The translations under genes were made by a program, and so were the position numbers. Below, one piece after another: positions 26,623-40,619 of a DNA stretch of 64,000 nt. The stretch spans positions 69,564,001 to 69,628,000 of the forward strand of contig OX597821.1 of assembly GCA_951406725.2 (NCBI GenBank). Direction: 5' to 3'. Below the pieces are notes generated by a model, which was given only the letters and a program-made list of their open reading frames with translations, searched no databases and was not told the DNA's origin. The DNA comes from Octopus vulgaris. Taxonomy: Eukaryota. How positions within the stretch are numbered: position 1 is the stretch's first letter; each line of letters opens with the position of its first letter.

Positions 26623-28637
26623 ATGAAAGTGGAGGAGCTACCAGAAACGGCTGTTGGACATACACAATGGAAGGAACTGATAGAACTTCAAAATGATGAA
26701 GATATAACCATTAAGGAAGCAGACAAGGGAAATGCAGTTGTAATAATGGATACATCATACTATAGAAATCTTGTAATTTCCTTGCTTGATGACAACCAAC
26801 ATTATGAAAAAATCACCAACTACACCCCACAAAAAATAATGAAAACTCTATCTTCACTAATTAAAACCCATGAAAAGGAACTAACAACCAAAGAGATTGA
26901 CTTTCTAACAAACTTTAAATGCAAACCTAGCCTCTTCTATGGTCTGCCAAAAATTCATAAAAGCCAAATTATAAGTGAAACCATTAAAACATCACCAAAG
27001 ACATACATACACGCACCTAACCCGGGGGACCTAAAACTACGACCCATTGTAGCTGGCCCAACCTGTGAAACACACAGACTAAGTCTATTTACGGACATCC
27101 TCCTGAAACCCTTCCTTAAACATATCGATAGCCATATCAGAGATGACTTAGATATGTTAAACCACCTTCCAAAAAAAGCCAAGGAAGAAACAATCATGGT
27201 TTCATTTGATGTAGTTAACTTATATACCAGTATACCTCACAATTATGGACTAGAGGCAATACAGTTCTGGCTGGACCAATTTCCGGAATAAATACCAAAA
27301 AGGATCAGTAAAGAACTCATTACTAAATCAATTGAATTCATCCTACATAATAACCACTTCATGTTTGACAATACATTTTACCGTCAAAAATCCGGAATTG
27401 CTATGGGTACAAGGGCAGCACCAGTCATTGCGAACCTAACAATGGGCTACCTGGAAATAATCATTTACCAGGAATCTTTATCAATCTTTGGAAACCCTCT
27501 CTCTCAATACATAAAAGAGAATTGGAAACGATTCCTGGACGATTGTTTTATACTCTGGAATGAAAACACAGATAAACTCCTAAAATTTAAAAACCTATTG
27601 AACAGCATAAACCCAAATATACAGTTCACAATGGAATACAACCAAAAGGAGCTCCCATTCTTGGATATACTAATTAAAAAAATTAACCTTAAAATAGAAA
27701 CAGACATTTTTTACAAAGCCACTGACGCCAAACAATACCTTCTTTTTAATTCATGCCACCCAAGACACACTAAAACAAACATCCCCTTCAACCTTGCAAG
27801 AAGGATATGCACAATAGTGTCAGAACAAAATACCAGGAACTTTTGACTGCAAGAACTCAAAAACACCCTAATTGACAGACATTACCCAGCTCAACTCATA
27901 GAGGATGGGATCAGACGTGCAACAGAAATCAACATAGAAACTTTAAGAAAAGTTCAACACAACAACACACCTTCCCCGAATATACTACCTTACATATCCA
28001 CATACAACCCCAGAAACAAAGAAGCCTTCACCATCATCACCCAGAATTTACCAATACTTCATAAGGACCCCAAATTAAAGGAAATTCTAAACATATACCA
28101 AATCATTAAAAGCTACAAACAACCTAAATCACTTAAAAAGATTCTCACAAAGGCAAAATTGTTTTCTGAAATTACGGATGCAAAAGTAAGAAATGTGGTA
28201 GACCGAACTGGGCAACATGTCCAAACGTGCTAGAAGGATCAGAATTCCTCTTCAAAGAGGGACAGAAATTCAAGATCAAATCTAATTTTACTTGTGCCTC
28301 TGAAAACATAATTTATGTCATAAAATGCTCGGGCTGTCACCAAGACTACGTGGGATCCACGGGACTATCACTCAGACGTAAATGCACACTGTATCGACAA
28401 CAGATTGCATTCCCAGAATACAGAATGATACCCTTTAGTGAGCACATTGAGAAATGCGCAAAGCAACTACTACCACAATTTTTAATCTTTCCATTTTACC
28501 AATGTGCTATCGGAACACCAACACAAATTAGACTAAACAAGGAAACATTCTTCATTGAAAAGTACAAGCCCAGACTTAACCATTCCAACATACTTATACA
28601 GAGAAATTCACTCCAAAGGAAAGGCAAAAAAATTTAA
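26623..28637 (+). pseudogene. Penelope RT-GIY-YIG polyprotein (two stops, frameshifted near 28190-28215)
   Basis: ADKGNAVV, FYGLPKIHK, LRPIVAG, SFDVVNLYTSIP, YRQKSGIAMG, KRFLDDCF, LPFLD, NIIYVIKC..C...YVGST. Confidence 0.93.
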
Positions 28638-28746
28638 GCGATTATCTCCCTTACACCGGAAGAAATCACTTATTACCTCCCCTTATCTGGAACTCTTCTC
28701 AACATAAACATAACGATAACTCTTCTCAACGTAAACATAACGATGT

Positions 28747-28786
28747 AAGAAATTTGAAAAGCTGAACGCGAAACCGGTCATTTCTT
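28747..28786 (+). ncRNA. Minimal type I hammerhead with U3-A8 compensatory core
   Basis: aagaaau-UUGAAAA-gc-ugaac-gc-GAA-ACCGGU-C-auuucuu. 7-bp stem I, palindromic stem III, predicted cleavage after C28779. Confidence 0.7.
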
Positions 28787-28957
28787 CTAAACTATGTCAT
28801 TGTAAGAAAAAAAAATTTATAACATTCTTCAGACATATTGACTCAAATATATATTTTTTAACCTTTTAAAACAAGCCTTCTGTAGTTTTTTCACTTTTTA
28901 CTATTTTCTATATATTCAACGACATGCTTTCACAAACCAACTTTCTCATCTATATAT

Positions 28958-29520
<563 letters not shown>

Positions 29521-31583
29521 ATATAAATTAAATTAGAGATAAAACCACTATTAGGCAACCCAAACAATGATAGACATAAGCCAAAACATAAAAAACAAAA
29601 AATATATATAATTAATATAATATATAATATATATATGAAATATAAAATTTAAAATTAAAGTTTTAAATTTTTAAATTTTTATATTTTTAAATTTTTAAAT
29701 TTTTAAACTTAATTTTTTTATATAACTAACCAAAAAGTATAAAAAAGTTAAATATAATATAAGTAAAAACACTACGTACTTTTCATGGCTATAATTCAAT
29801 TCGAATTACAATTAAGTTTAAATTTAATTGAAAATTCGAATTAAAATTATAGTCAATGTTCAGGTTAATGATAATAGTTAAATAAATAAGCAAATAGAGT
29901 TAAACAATATTTTTTAAAAAATAAATAAAATAATATTTTTTCTTATAAAACACTGTATTATCTAAATTAGAAACTTAAAACATTAGGATTATGTCATACA
30001 ACCCATTTATTATGTAAATATTAATTTTTAAGGTAAAAAAATAGAGAGAAAAATGTATTTATCTATTAAGATATAATATGGCTTTAAAAAACATAATAAA
30101 CTCACAAATATCCTTAACTCAGTTATAGTCCAATATCTAATTACCAAATTATTTAACAAGATAATCACTATTCATATTTTAAAATTTAAGTTCAGATCTA
30201 ATAATTATAAAATATTTAAAAATATAACTAAATTATTATCAACAAATATAATAATAATATAATAATATATCAATAAATATATAACATATAATGAAAAATA
30301 AATAAATCAATTAGTCCATTATTACTTACGTAAATATTAAATATTAATATAATATATTTATGAAATATATTAAAAGATTAAAGATTAAAAAGCAAATTAT
30401 AAACGTATAACCTATTTTAGTATAACCTAATTTTAGTTAATAACACGATTTTTGAAAGCTAAGTAAACATTTTCTATTAGAGTTATTTTAATAAGTTTTG
30501 TTGTATTGTATTGAATACTATATAACTACTGATTGTTAATTTGATTCTATAATTATTTAGTTGTTGAAGATATGTATTTCATTATTAGATTATAACTGTT
30601 CGTTATTTGTAAGTTATTACTTAGCCAACGAGATATATAGATCGTTAAATAGTTATACGGTTCTTTTAAGATAAGTTATACATTTATAATTTGCTTTTTA
30701 ATCTTTAATCTTTTAATATATTTCATAAATATATTATATTAATATTTAATATTTACGTAAGTAATAATGGATTAATTGATTTATTTATTTTTCATTATAT
30801 GTTATATATTTATTGATAGAGTAAATTTTAGATCTTAATTATTATATTTGTTGATAATAATTTAGTTATTATTTTAAAATATTTTATAATTATTAGATCT
30901 GAACTTAAATTTTAAAATATGAATAGTGATTATCTTGTTAAATAATTTGGTAATTAGATATTGGACTATAACTGAGTTAAGGACATTCGTGAGTTTATTA
31001 TGTTTTTAAAGCCATATTATATCTTAATAGATAATACATTTTTCTATCTATTTTTTACCTTAAAAATTAATATTTAACATAATAAATGGGTTGTATGACA
31101 TAATCCTAATGTTTTAAGTTTCTAATTTAGATGACAGAGTTTTTTATAAGAAAAATTATCATTTTATTTATTTAAAAAAATATTATTTAGTCTATTTGCT
31201 TATTTATTTAACTATTATCATTAACCTGAACATTGACTATAATTTTAATTCGAATTTTCAATTAAATTTAAACTTAATTGTAATTCGAATTGAATTATAG
31301 CCATGAAACGTACGTAGTGTTTTTACTTATTATATTATATTTAACTTTTTTATACTTTTTGGTTAGTTATATAAAAAATTAAAAGTTTAAAAATTAAAAA
31401 ATTAAAAAATATAAAAATTAAAAAATATAAATTTAAAATTTTAATAATTTAATTTTAAATTTTATATTTTATATATATATTATATATTATATTAATTATA
31501 TATATATATTTTTTATGTTTTGGTTTATGTCTATCATTGTTTGGCTTGCCTAATAGTGGTTTTATCTCTAATTTAATTTATAT
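29521..31583. repeat. ~2.06-kb AT-rich foldback palindrome (arms ~0.9 kb)
   Basis: 29521-~30420 is the imperfect reverse complement of ~30665-31583, with a spacer of ~240 bp. Confidence 0.92.
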
Positions 31584-31688
31584 TTATACTGTGAAATTTG
31601 ATTTAATCCTAAATCTAATTTTTTCCCTGTAAGTTTGGATATACTCCCTAATATTATTATTATTATTATTATTAATATTATTATTATA

Positions 31689-31787
<99 letters not shown>

Positions 31788-32054
31788 TATATGTATGTAT
31801 TATACACGCACATACATTCATATTCTGTACTTCATACTCAAGCTGCTATATTTAATATATATGATATGTTTATCCGCATAATTGCCTCCATAAGTATGTA
31901 TGTATGTATGTATGTATGTATGTATGTATGTATGTATGTATGTATGTATGTATGTACGTATGTTTGAATGTATATATGTATGTATGCATGCATGTATGTA
32001 TGTATGTATGTATGTATGTATGTATGTATGTATGTATGTATGTATGTATGTATA

Positions 32055-33346
32055 CAGGGTGGGGAAGCAAAATTTACAATGAAAGTTAAGCTGTTTTTTC
32101 TCAGCAGGGACTAAGTCAATTGTTTTGAAACTTAGCATATATTAATGTCATAATCATACCTAACACTATTATCCTTACCTTTTCAGAAACTTTTGCCCAT
32201 ATGAGTAATCAGGAAAGCAAACATCAAAGAGTGTGTGATTTGCTGAATGCACTCGTCACACCAAAGGAAATTTCAAGAATAGTTGGAGTGTCTATAAAGA
32301 CTGTTTATAACGTAAAGAATAGAATGACTATGAACAAAACTATTACGAGGAAAAGTCTGGAAGTGGAGGAATCAACAAAATACGTACCAAAGCTTTTATT
32401 AAAGCTCTCACATCCCAAATCCGAAAGGACCCAACCAAATCCATGAGGAAAATGGCAGTTGAACTTGAGGTAGACAACAAGACCATTAGAAATGCAATAA
32501 AATATGATTTGAGGTTAAAATCTTACACAAGAACACCAAAACACTTGTTGACAACAGCTATGAAGGAAAAGAGATTGGAAAGGTGCAAGAAAATTATCAC
32601 ATGGTTCAAGAAAAAGTCCTACATTTTAACGATCTTTTCAGATGAAAAGATCTTCACTGTCGATGCTGTTTTGAATTGCAGAAATGACAGATTTATCGCA
32701 AAATTGACAGCTGAGGTTAAGGGGACATTCGAAACAAAACATCCTGCTCAAGTTCTGGCTTTTGGTGTTGTGGCTTCCGATGGAAAGAAAATGCCCATAA
32801 AATTCTACAAAGCTGATGAAAAGATCAATGTTAATACTTACTACAAGACTCTAAGATACCAGGTATTGCCATGGCTTAAAGCAAACTACCCAGATGGTAA
32901 TTATGTATGGATACAGGATGGTGCTCCAGCCCAAACAGCTAGAAAAATACAAGATTTCTGCAAATCCAACTTCAGCAATTTTTTGGAATCATGTTTATGG
33001 CTGCTGTCTAGCTCAGATCTAAACCCTCTGGATTGTGCTATTTGGGGCGTTTTAGAACATGCTACCAATAGAACATCACACAGCAATGTCGACTTTCTTA
33101 AAGATACTATTAAAGAAGAATGGGAGAAGTTGTCTCCCGAATATTTGAGGAACACTTGCGCAAGTTTCAGGAAGCGTGTAAAGGTAGTTACTGAGAAAAG
33201 AGGAGGACACATAGAATAAAAACATTTTCTATTATGTAAATTTTCTTGTGACAAATAAATTCTCATGACTTTCAATAAACTAATTGGTCATACACAGTCT
33301 TTCAATCCCTGCCTCAAAATATTGTAAATTTTGCTTCCCCACCCTG
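32055..33346 (+). mobile_element. maT-family (DD37D) Tc1/mariner transposon, full length
   Basis: Perfect 26-bp TIR cagggtggggaagcaaaatttacaat and TA target duplication inside (TATG)n. Confidence 0.95.
32201..33219 (+). pseudogene. DD37D transposase, frameshifted between the N-terminal (32201) and catalytic (32443) ORFs
   Basis: HTH N-terminus, FSDEKIF, WIQDGAP, SDLNPLD. 37 residues counted between the 2nd and 3rd Asp. Confidence 0.92.
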
Positions 33347-33376
33347 TATATGTATGTATGTATGTGTGTATGTATG

Positions 33377-33858
33377 TGCAGATTTGTATGTTTTATGTAT
33401 GTCTCCTCATGCATATACTTGCATATCTAGACATGCTCATATATAATTAAATGATAAACTTCTGGAAAGTTTTACAGAATTTTACAATTCCAGTGATGAA
33501 TTGAATCTGTAGTCTTCAAATCAGGTTTCTCTTTTCTGGATTTGAGAAGTCTAATTTCTCATAATTGGTATTTAGGCAGTGTGTTACATATCCCAGGTTC
33601 CCAATAATTACAGGTATAAACCTGAACTTGTAGTCTGGATAGAGTAACTGCAGATTTCTCAACAGTTCAGTGTAAGTATTCTCGTTTTCGCTGATCTTTA
33701 GCTTTATGTTAACATCTGCTGGGCAGCTGATTTCCACAACTGTACACAATTTCTCTTCTCTATTCCAAATCATAATATCAGGTCTATTGCGTTTACATTT
33801 TATTGAGGTTTTCGCTGGGGCATTCCACCAGTACTCCTTCTTATTATGAGTGGCTATG
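33377..33858 (-). mobile_element. RLE-LINE 3' fragment embedded in (TACA)n
   Basis: RPDIMIWNREEKLCTVVEISC. Homologous to ~54975-55465, with (TATG)n on both plus-strand flanks. Confidence 0.8.
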
Positions 33859-34415
33859 TATGTATGTCAGGTCACTTATGAGGCCCTTATAAGTGCTACT
33901 GATAGCATGGAATCCTGTACAACCTAATGCATGATCGGGTTGCCAGCGACTAAACTGACACCCCTACCAGGCTATCTTGTTGAGGAGGGCTGCTAGAAAC
34001 CTAGCAGGATTAATAACAAAACCTGCTGAAAGGTCAGAAGAACCTAGTGTAAGCTCAACGGCTCTCTAGCAATAGCACGGGTACGCAGAAATTCTGGGAT
34101 GGTGTCCGGCGTGCTGAAAGACCACTGGTGGGTGGGTGGAACCGAGAGAGAGCACTTTGATCTCATGTGTTTATTCCCTGCCTGAGGTTACCTAGGTCTT
34201 TTCCGTAGGCTTTTCTTTCCACGAATAAACCTAATCTTGCTTTTTACACTTTTAAAATTATTCTGATACACGATCCCTTTTGATCGTTTTTTTTCCCACA
34301 TAATCCCTTTTCATTGAAATTTTCTTTCTTTTTCTATTTTCGAAAAGAATAGCTCTACATTGTATTTTGTCCCCTCTGTATTCGGCCCTGGTTGGCTAAT
34401 AAAGAAACTTATCTC

Positions 34416-34520
<105 letters not shown>

Positions 34521-34544
34521 CTATCTATCTATCTGTCTAGCTAT

Positions 34545-34626
<82 letters not shown>

Positions 34627-35599
34627 CCCTCACCTAAACACATGCTTTTGCAAATTACCTTTCTATTCACTAGATACTCATTCCGTTGCACAAAACATCA
34701 GACAAATCATTATACGTGCGAAAATTTATTACGATCCTGGTGTTCATAAGACACATATACTGTGGTATTAGCCTGTAGGGTAATGCTACAGTATATGCGT
34801 TTTATTCGGTGGGAGGACTGTTATAGTCTGTGCTACTCCAATTCTGCCAGTCTCTTCCTCTTTGTCGGATAGATTTGTCAGGCAAGGATGCACTGTCTTT
34901 GGTGACATTCCTCTTCCGATCCTTTTTTCCCCCTTCTATCTGCCTCCAAGTGAATCAGTCTTTTTTATGCATAGCATAGACAAGTGACAATTATTAGTAG
35001 TATTATTGTTGTTAATGTTCTTGTTACTCTAAGTACAGTTTTTAAACCCATATCTTTCAATCTTTGTGTGAACAATTGCTTAAAATTGAAGCTCCGTGTC
35101 TTTAGTTATTTCATTGCCTATTTTAAAAAAAATTATTTTATTAAATGACGGAAGTTTATTTTGGTGTTGTATATTCTGTTATTTTTTTGCATTCATATTA
35201 ATGTTTGCAACTACTTTTAGTTTTTGGTGGGTGTCTATTTTCTATTGTACAAGTTCTGTCCATGAGTTTTTTTTAGTGTCAGTATTATTTTTGACAAGGC
35301 TTTTATTTACGATATTGTTACCAACATTGTGGCGCCATTTCTGAGACATCCATCAGACAATACGTATAAATGTTGTAAATGTCTGTTTGTCAAAAATGTG
35401 TAAACATTTAAAAATATTAGAAGACAAACCATTACAGCACCCTGGATAATTGAGTGGGCTCCCGGTGTTGTAGGTAATAACTGGAATTTTACCACACTAA
35501 ATACATCACAGAAAATTCTGTTAATGTATTGCTTGCTGTGAGACTTTAAAATTAGTTTGCTTAAGTAGTCATACATAGCTCGAGCTATCGTGTTCCAAC

Positions 35600-35600
<1 letters not shown>

Positions 35601-35649
<49 letters not shown>

Positions 35650-35815
35650 GTTTAACGTCCGCTTTCCATGCTAGCATGGGTTGGACGATTTGACTGAGGT
35701 CTGGCGAACCAGATGGCTGCACCAGACTCCAGTCTGATGTGGCAGAGTTTCTACAGCTGGATGCCCTTCCTAACGCCAACCACTCCGAGAGTGTAGTAGG
35801 TGCTTTTACGTGCCA
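35601..35815 (-). mobile_element. Retroposon 3' end (RTE-like tail) with (GAT)n tail
   Basis: Minus strand ends cgtccaacccatgctagcatggaaagcggacgttaaac-(gat)n. Confidence 0.55.
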
Positions 35816-36368
35816 AGCAAATTAAAAGTACATTTATAGTTCACATAAAGACTCGTAAAAGCTCCCTCAAACATGTATATAATTGGTTTTGCTCCAAACC
35901 TTTAGTGAGAAAGCGAACCATCACAGGTCGCTTAAGAATTGCATTTGAGACCACGGGGACGTAATTTAGTGATTTTACAGTGGCTTAGATAGGTGCTTTG
36001 ATATCCGTTTCACAATTATTCACTATATTAGATAACGAGTTACTGTGTAATTGATAACATATTGAGTTACTTATATAAACGCGAGGTTCATTTTTACGAG
36101 GTGAATGACGTACTTTTGGGGATAATGTTAATGACCTAAAACAAACAACTTTAGCTCAACTTGAGGTTTTAACCGTTAAAAACAGTCAAACCCTTTTATG
36201 AATACATATTGGAGAGACAAATTTCATAATTTACAAGATAATTCATGCTGAAGATCCCTAAAAAAGGATGAAATAGTGCTATACAGCATTACCTCTAGAA
36301 ACTCAAGAACTTCACGATAAATAACAAACAGAATTATATATATGTGTGTGTGTGTGTGTGAGTGTGTA

Positions 36369-36423
<55 letters not shown>

Positions 36424-37641
36424 GTGTGTTTACTCTTTATATTGCTTGCCTCCTCATTCGAATGCCAACCCCGATTCACATTGTGAAGAGATGAAGAGAT
36501 CTCCGTTCTTAGTAACGGTCATCCAGAGACCGAGGCTGTATAATGTCATTATGTTTGGAAAGTAGACGATATTAGAATGTCGTTGACCGCCGCACGCCTT
36601 TCCATCAGGACCGTATAATCAGCAAATGCATGTCAAATTAACACTGAACTCCTCAACCGGGTGGAGGAATGATATGAATCCGTTAAGTGATTCTGCTGTT
36701 ATTTCATCCAAACATCAGCTTTAAAGAACCGGTCTACGATTAAAGACATTCCTCCGCTGCCCATCCCGTTATTCTTTTCTACGAAGAGAACAGACAGAAA
36801 GTCATCATTCAGTGTTGATCCTCTTTGTTCTTGAAAAGAAAGTAGCGATGCAGTTTGAGGAAAATTTGGCTGCTGTTTCATCGAAGTCAGGCAGCCGTAA
36901 AGAGACTTTCTAAGAACCATGGTGCCATAATGTCTTGTAGATGAAGGTTGGTCGGTGCTGTGTAAAGCAAATCACAACAACAAAAGCAGGCATCAAGAAG
37001 AAAATGGGTCGGATTTTAAAATGCTAGAAGCAATTGAAGGAGTAGAAGAAAGAGGTGGTGGAGAAGAAGAAGAAGAAGAAGAAGAGGGAGGAGGAGGAGG
37101 AGAAGAAGAAGAAGAAGAAGAAGAAAAAAAAGAAGAAGAAGAAGGAGGATGTGGAGAAGATGAAGAAAAAAGAGACCACGAGAAGGAGAAGGAAGAAGAG
37201 AAGGAGAGGAAGAGGAGAAGGGAGGAGAAGGAAGAGGAGTTGGAGAAGAAGACGAAGAAAAGGAAGAAGGAGGATGAGGAGAAGAAGGGAGGAGAAGGAA
37301 GAGTAGGCGGAAGAGAAAAGGAAGAGGGAAGAGAAGAAGAAACAGGAGAACAAAGAAGACAACAGAGGAGGAATACGAGGAGGAGCAGAATGAAGAGGAA
37401 GGGAAGGAGGAGGAGAAGAAGAAGAAGAGATTGTTCAGCTGCAGCAGCAACAACAACAACAACGGATTGCTGATGACAATGACTGCAACAGCAACAACAA
37501 TAACGATGATATAATCGACAAAAGTCTATGAAAGCAAAAACAACAATAACTAGAACAACGATGACTTCAGTAAGAGGAACAAGAAATGTCTTAACATTTA
37601 TTTTGTCAGGGGCGCGCGTACACACACGCACACACACACGC

Positions 37642-37682
<41 letters not shown>

Positions 37683-37777
37683 AACACATACACGTACGCA
37701 CACTAAAATCATCGGTCTTTCTCTACCATTTCATGTGTGTGTATATATATATGTGTGTGCGTATATATATATATGTG

Positions 37778-37826
<49 letters not shown>

Positions 37827-38619
37827 GTATATACACACATATATAGAAACACAGAGACAATCATAAAAATCTCTCTCCCCCACCCTCTCTCTCCCTCTCC
37901 TCCTCTCGCTCTCCTCTCTCCTCTCGCTCTCCTCTCTCCTCTCTCTTCCTCCTCTCCCCTTCTCTCTCGGTCTCTAACTCTGTGTGTAGCTATACATGCA
38001 CACTTACAGACAGACAGACAGACCGTTTAATAGATTGTAAGAGATACGAGGAGTAGTGTTAGGGGGATGGGAAGAGTGAGAGAGACAGAGAAAATAAGGT
38101 GTAGCTGCTGTGTGAAATGTCAGTGGAAGAATGGTATGAAAAAGATGAAAGAGAAGTCAGAAGCCTTCAGATGTTTCTAAGATAATGTTTATTGATGAGT
38201 GACAAAAGGTAGAATGGTGAAGCGACCTTTAACAAACTAGTTTTCAGGACGAGACTCTCGGTGACTCTGGACAGCAAATGACTTACACCTGTTTTAGAAA
38301 TATATTCTTAAAATGCCAGCGAAGATGGTGGTGGTGGTGGTGGTAGGTGTGGTGGCGCTGGTGTTGATTCTTGTGGTGTTAGATAGGAAATGTGGGAATG
38401 GTGCTGGTGATGCATGGAGGTATCGGTGATGGTGTTTAGAGTGATGGTGAAAGTGGTGGTGGTGTTGGCGATATCAGTGGTGCTGGTGCTGGTGTTGGTA
38501 TCAGTGGTGGTAGTGATTGTACATGTGGTGGTGTGGTGATTGTAGGTGATTGTAGTGTTAGTAGTAGTAGTAGTTGTGATTGTAGCAGTGTTAATGTGAT
38601 GATGACGGAGCTGATGGTT

Positions 38620-38840
38620 AGGCGGCGAGCTGGCAGAAACTTTAGCGCGCCGGGCGAAATGCTTTGCGGTATTTCGTCTGTCGTTACGTTCTGAGTTCAA
38701 ATTCCGCCGAAGTCGACTTTGCCTTTCATCCTCTCGGGGTCGATAAATAAAGTACCAGTTTCGCACTGGGTTGATATAATCGACTTAATCCCTTTGTCTG
38801 TCCCTCTATGTTTAGCCCCTTGTGGGTAGTAAAGAAATAT
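38620..38840 (+). mobile_element. tRNA-derived SINE (same family as 1711-2290)
   Basis: Shares the head and a single internal unit. Confidence 0.8.
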
Positions 38841-39256
38841 ATATTATTTCACACACACACACATGCACACACATAAACATATAATAATATATCATAATGA
38901 TAATATATATACTCCGATTTAAAGCGACATTTATATATATATATAAACATTGACTGAAAATGATGAGCTAACCCAAGCCAGAATCGAACCCAAAAGTCAA
39001 CGCTTAAACGGCTCCTTGCGTATTCGATTGGACCCAATGCTCACCCATCAATTTCAGCCAAAGTTTATGCATATATACTTTAACTGCCCAATACTACATA
39101 TAATGATTGTAAACAAACCATATAAACTTAGATAAACTTAGATATGTTTCGACCAAAGTTTAGTCCAAGCCATGTCTGACTTAATAGCACCACCTGATAG
39201 GATTATCTAAATCCTGTTTAAGTCAAGTTTTGTTTATGGTCCATTCAATTAATGAG

Positions 39257-39297
<41 letters not shown>

Positions 39298-39382
39298 AAG
39301 GTATGTAGAAAAATACAACATGGACAAGAACGTATAACTCAAGAAGACGATACAATAAACACGGACAGGACATTCGAAACCC

Positions 39383-39460
39383 TCAGTCTTCAGTCAAGAA
39401 CCGGATCATCGTAGTAATTTCGGCTGATTAATCTTGAGATTACTAGATCACGGCCAGCCC
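39383..39460 (-). ncRNA. Non-circularly permuted hammerhead-like motif (best copy)
   Basis: uaguaau-C-ucaaga-uuaa-ucagcc-GAA-auuacua...ucuuga-CUGAAGA-cuga. 7-bp stem III and 6-bp stem I. Confidence 0.65.
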
Positions 39461-39499
39461 TATATGTATGTATGTATGTGTGTGTGTGTGTAAAAGTTA

Positions 39500-39850
39500 A
39501 GGAGTGGAGCAGATAAGATCCGGGCTACATATGTTTCATAGCGAGCGGAACCTCGGAAGTGGTGAATATCCAAGCGAGGTGTATAGCGCAGGTTACTATT
39601 TAGGCCAAGGATATCTTGATTAGATGAAAGTTTACATTGCCGCAAGGAGGTACATGTTAACGCATGAAAGGTTCAATCAGAATGTGTAGAAAGCACAGTA
39701 GGGGTGGGGGAGAATATTAAGCAAGATAACAATTAATCACGATATCCTCGGCCTACACCTGCAGTATGTATCTCGCCTGGATATATACCAATTCTAAGCT
39801 TCCGCTCGCTATGAAACATACATAGCCCGGATCTTATCTACTCTATTCCG
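39500..39850. mobile_element. MITE-like element with ~140-bp imperfect inverted arms
   Basis: agataagatccgggct..atgtttcatagcgagcggaa is inverted as ttccgctcgctatgaaacat..agcccggatcttatct. Confidence 0.7.
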
Positions 39851-40064
39851 TTATTATTGTATTCTTATTCGCACACTCGGAAACCCTAGTCGCCTACCGT
39901 GAAATATAAAAAGAACTTTTTCAGTTTATCGGACTTCGATACTAAAATAATTCACAACCACTCTTGTCCCTGAAAGTTGTTTTTTTAATACTTACTACGG
40001 ATTGTTTGAATCTAACTTTCTTCCTACACCTCGGTCCCTGGATCTTACACCCCCCCCACACACA

Positions 40065-40280
40065 CGAGGGGTGCTGAAAAGTTCCTGGCTTTAAGGGTAT
40101 CACGAAAAAACTTGTATAAGGCCCAACCTTCCAAGTTCTTTTACAGGGCTTAGAAAAACTGAAGGAGCGCTGCAGGAAGGGTGTGAATCTGTGAGTGAAA
40201 TATGTTCAATAAAATTATAACAAAATGATCATCCTGTATCTTCTTTTACCCAAGGCCAGGAATTTTTCAGCCCTTTGTCG
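40065..40280. mobile_element. Mariner-type MITE
   Basis: Imperfect TIRs cgaggggtgctgaaaagttcctggc / gccaggaatttttcagccctttgtcg. Confidence 0.6.
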
Positions 40281-40405
40281 TGCATACACAGATATGTGCA
40301 TAAATATACACGCACACACACACACACGCATACACGCACACATACATATACATCTATCTGCATATATATGGATGTATGTATATAAATGTATATATATATA
40401 TATAT

Positions 40406-40605
40406 AGTTAATCCAAACAAGAAAGCACAAAAAAAAACACAACGCGAGGACGTGGAACAAATATAGTATTATTGGACGCTCAGGAAAGAAGGAAAGAAGG
40501 AGGGTTTAACGTTTCGAGCGGAGCTCTTCGTCGGAAAGATAGGAGAAGGAAAGATCCAGAGAAGGGAAGACAGAGGAAAAAAATCGCCAACGGTACACAC
40601 GAGGT
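40406..40605 (-). mobile_element. Penelope pLTR copy with minimal hammerhead-like motif (40504-40538)
   Basis: Near-identical to 23826-24026. CCGACGA-a-gagc/gcuc-GAA-ACGU-U-aaac. Confidence 0.65.
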
Positions 40606-40619
40606 TGCAGTTTTGTTAA

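Larger units (their letters stand above)
26583..28950 (+). mobile_element. Penelope-like retroelement, 5'-truncated, in (TA)n
   Basis: RT plus GIY-YIG ORF followed by a pLTR containing a hammerhead, with (TA)n on both flanks. Confidence 0.93.

Noticed and set aside
38940-39260. Another hammerhead on the minus strand (gacca...uggucGAAACAUAUC)
   Set aside because: No recognisable CUGANGA core; at most a decayed pLTR.
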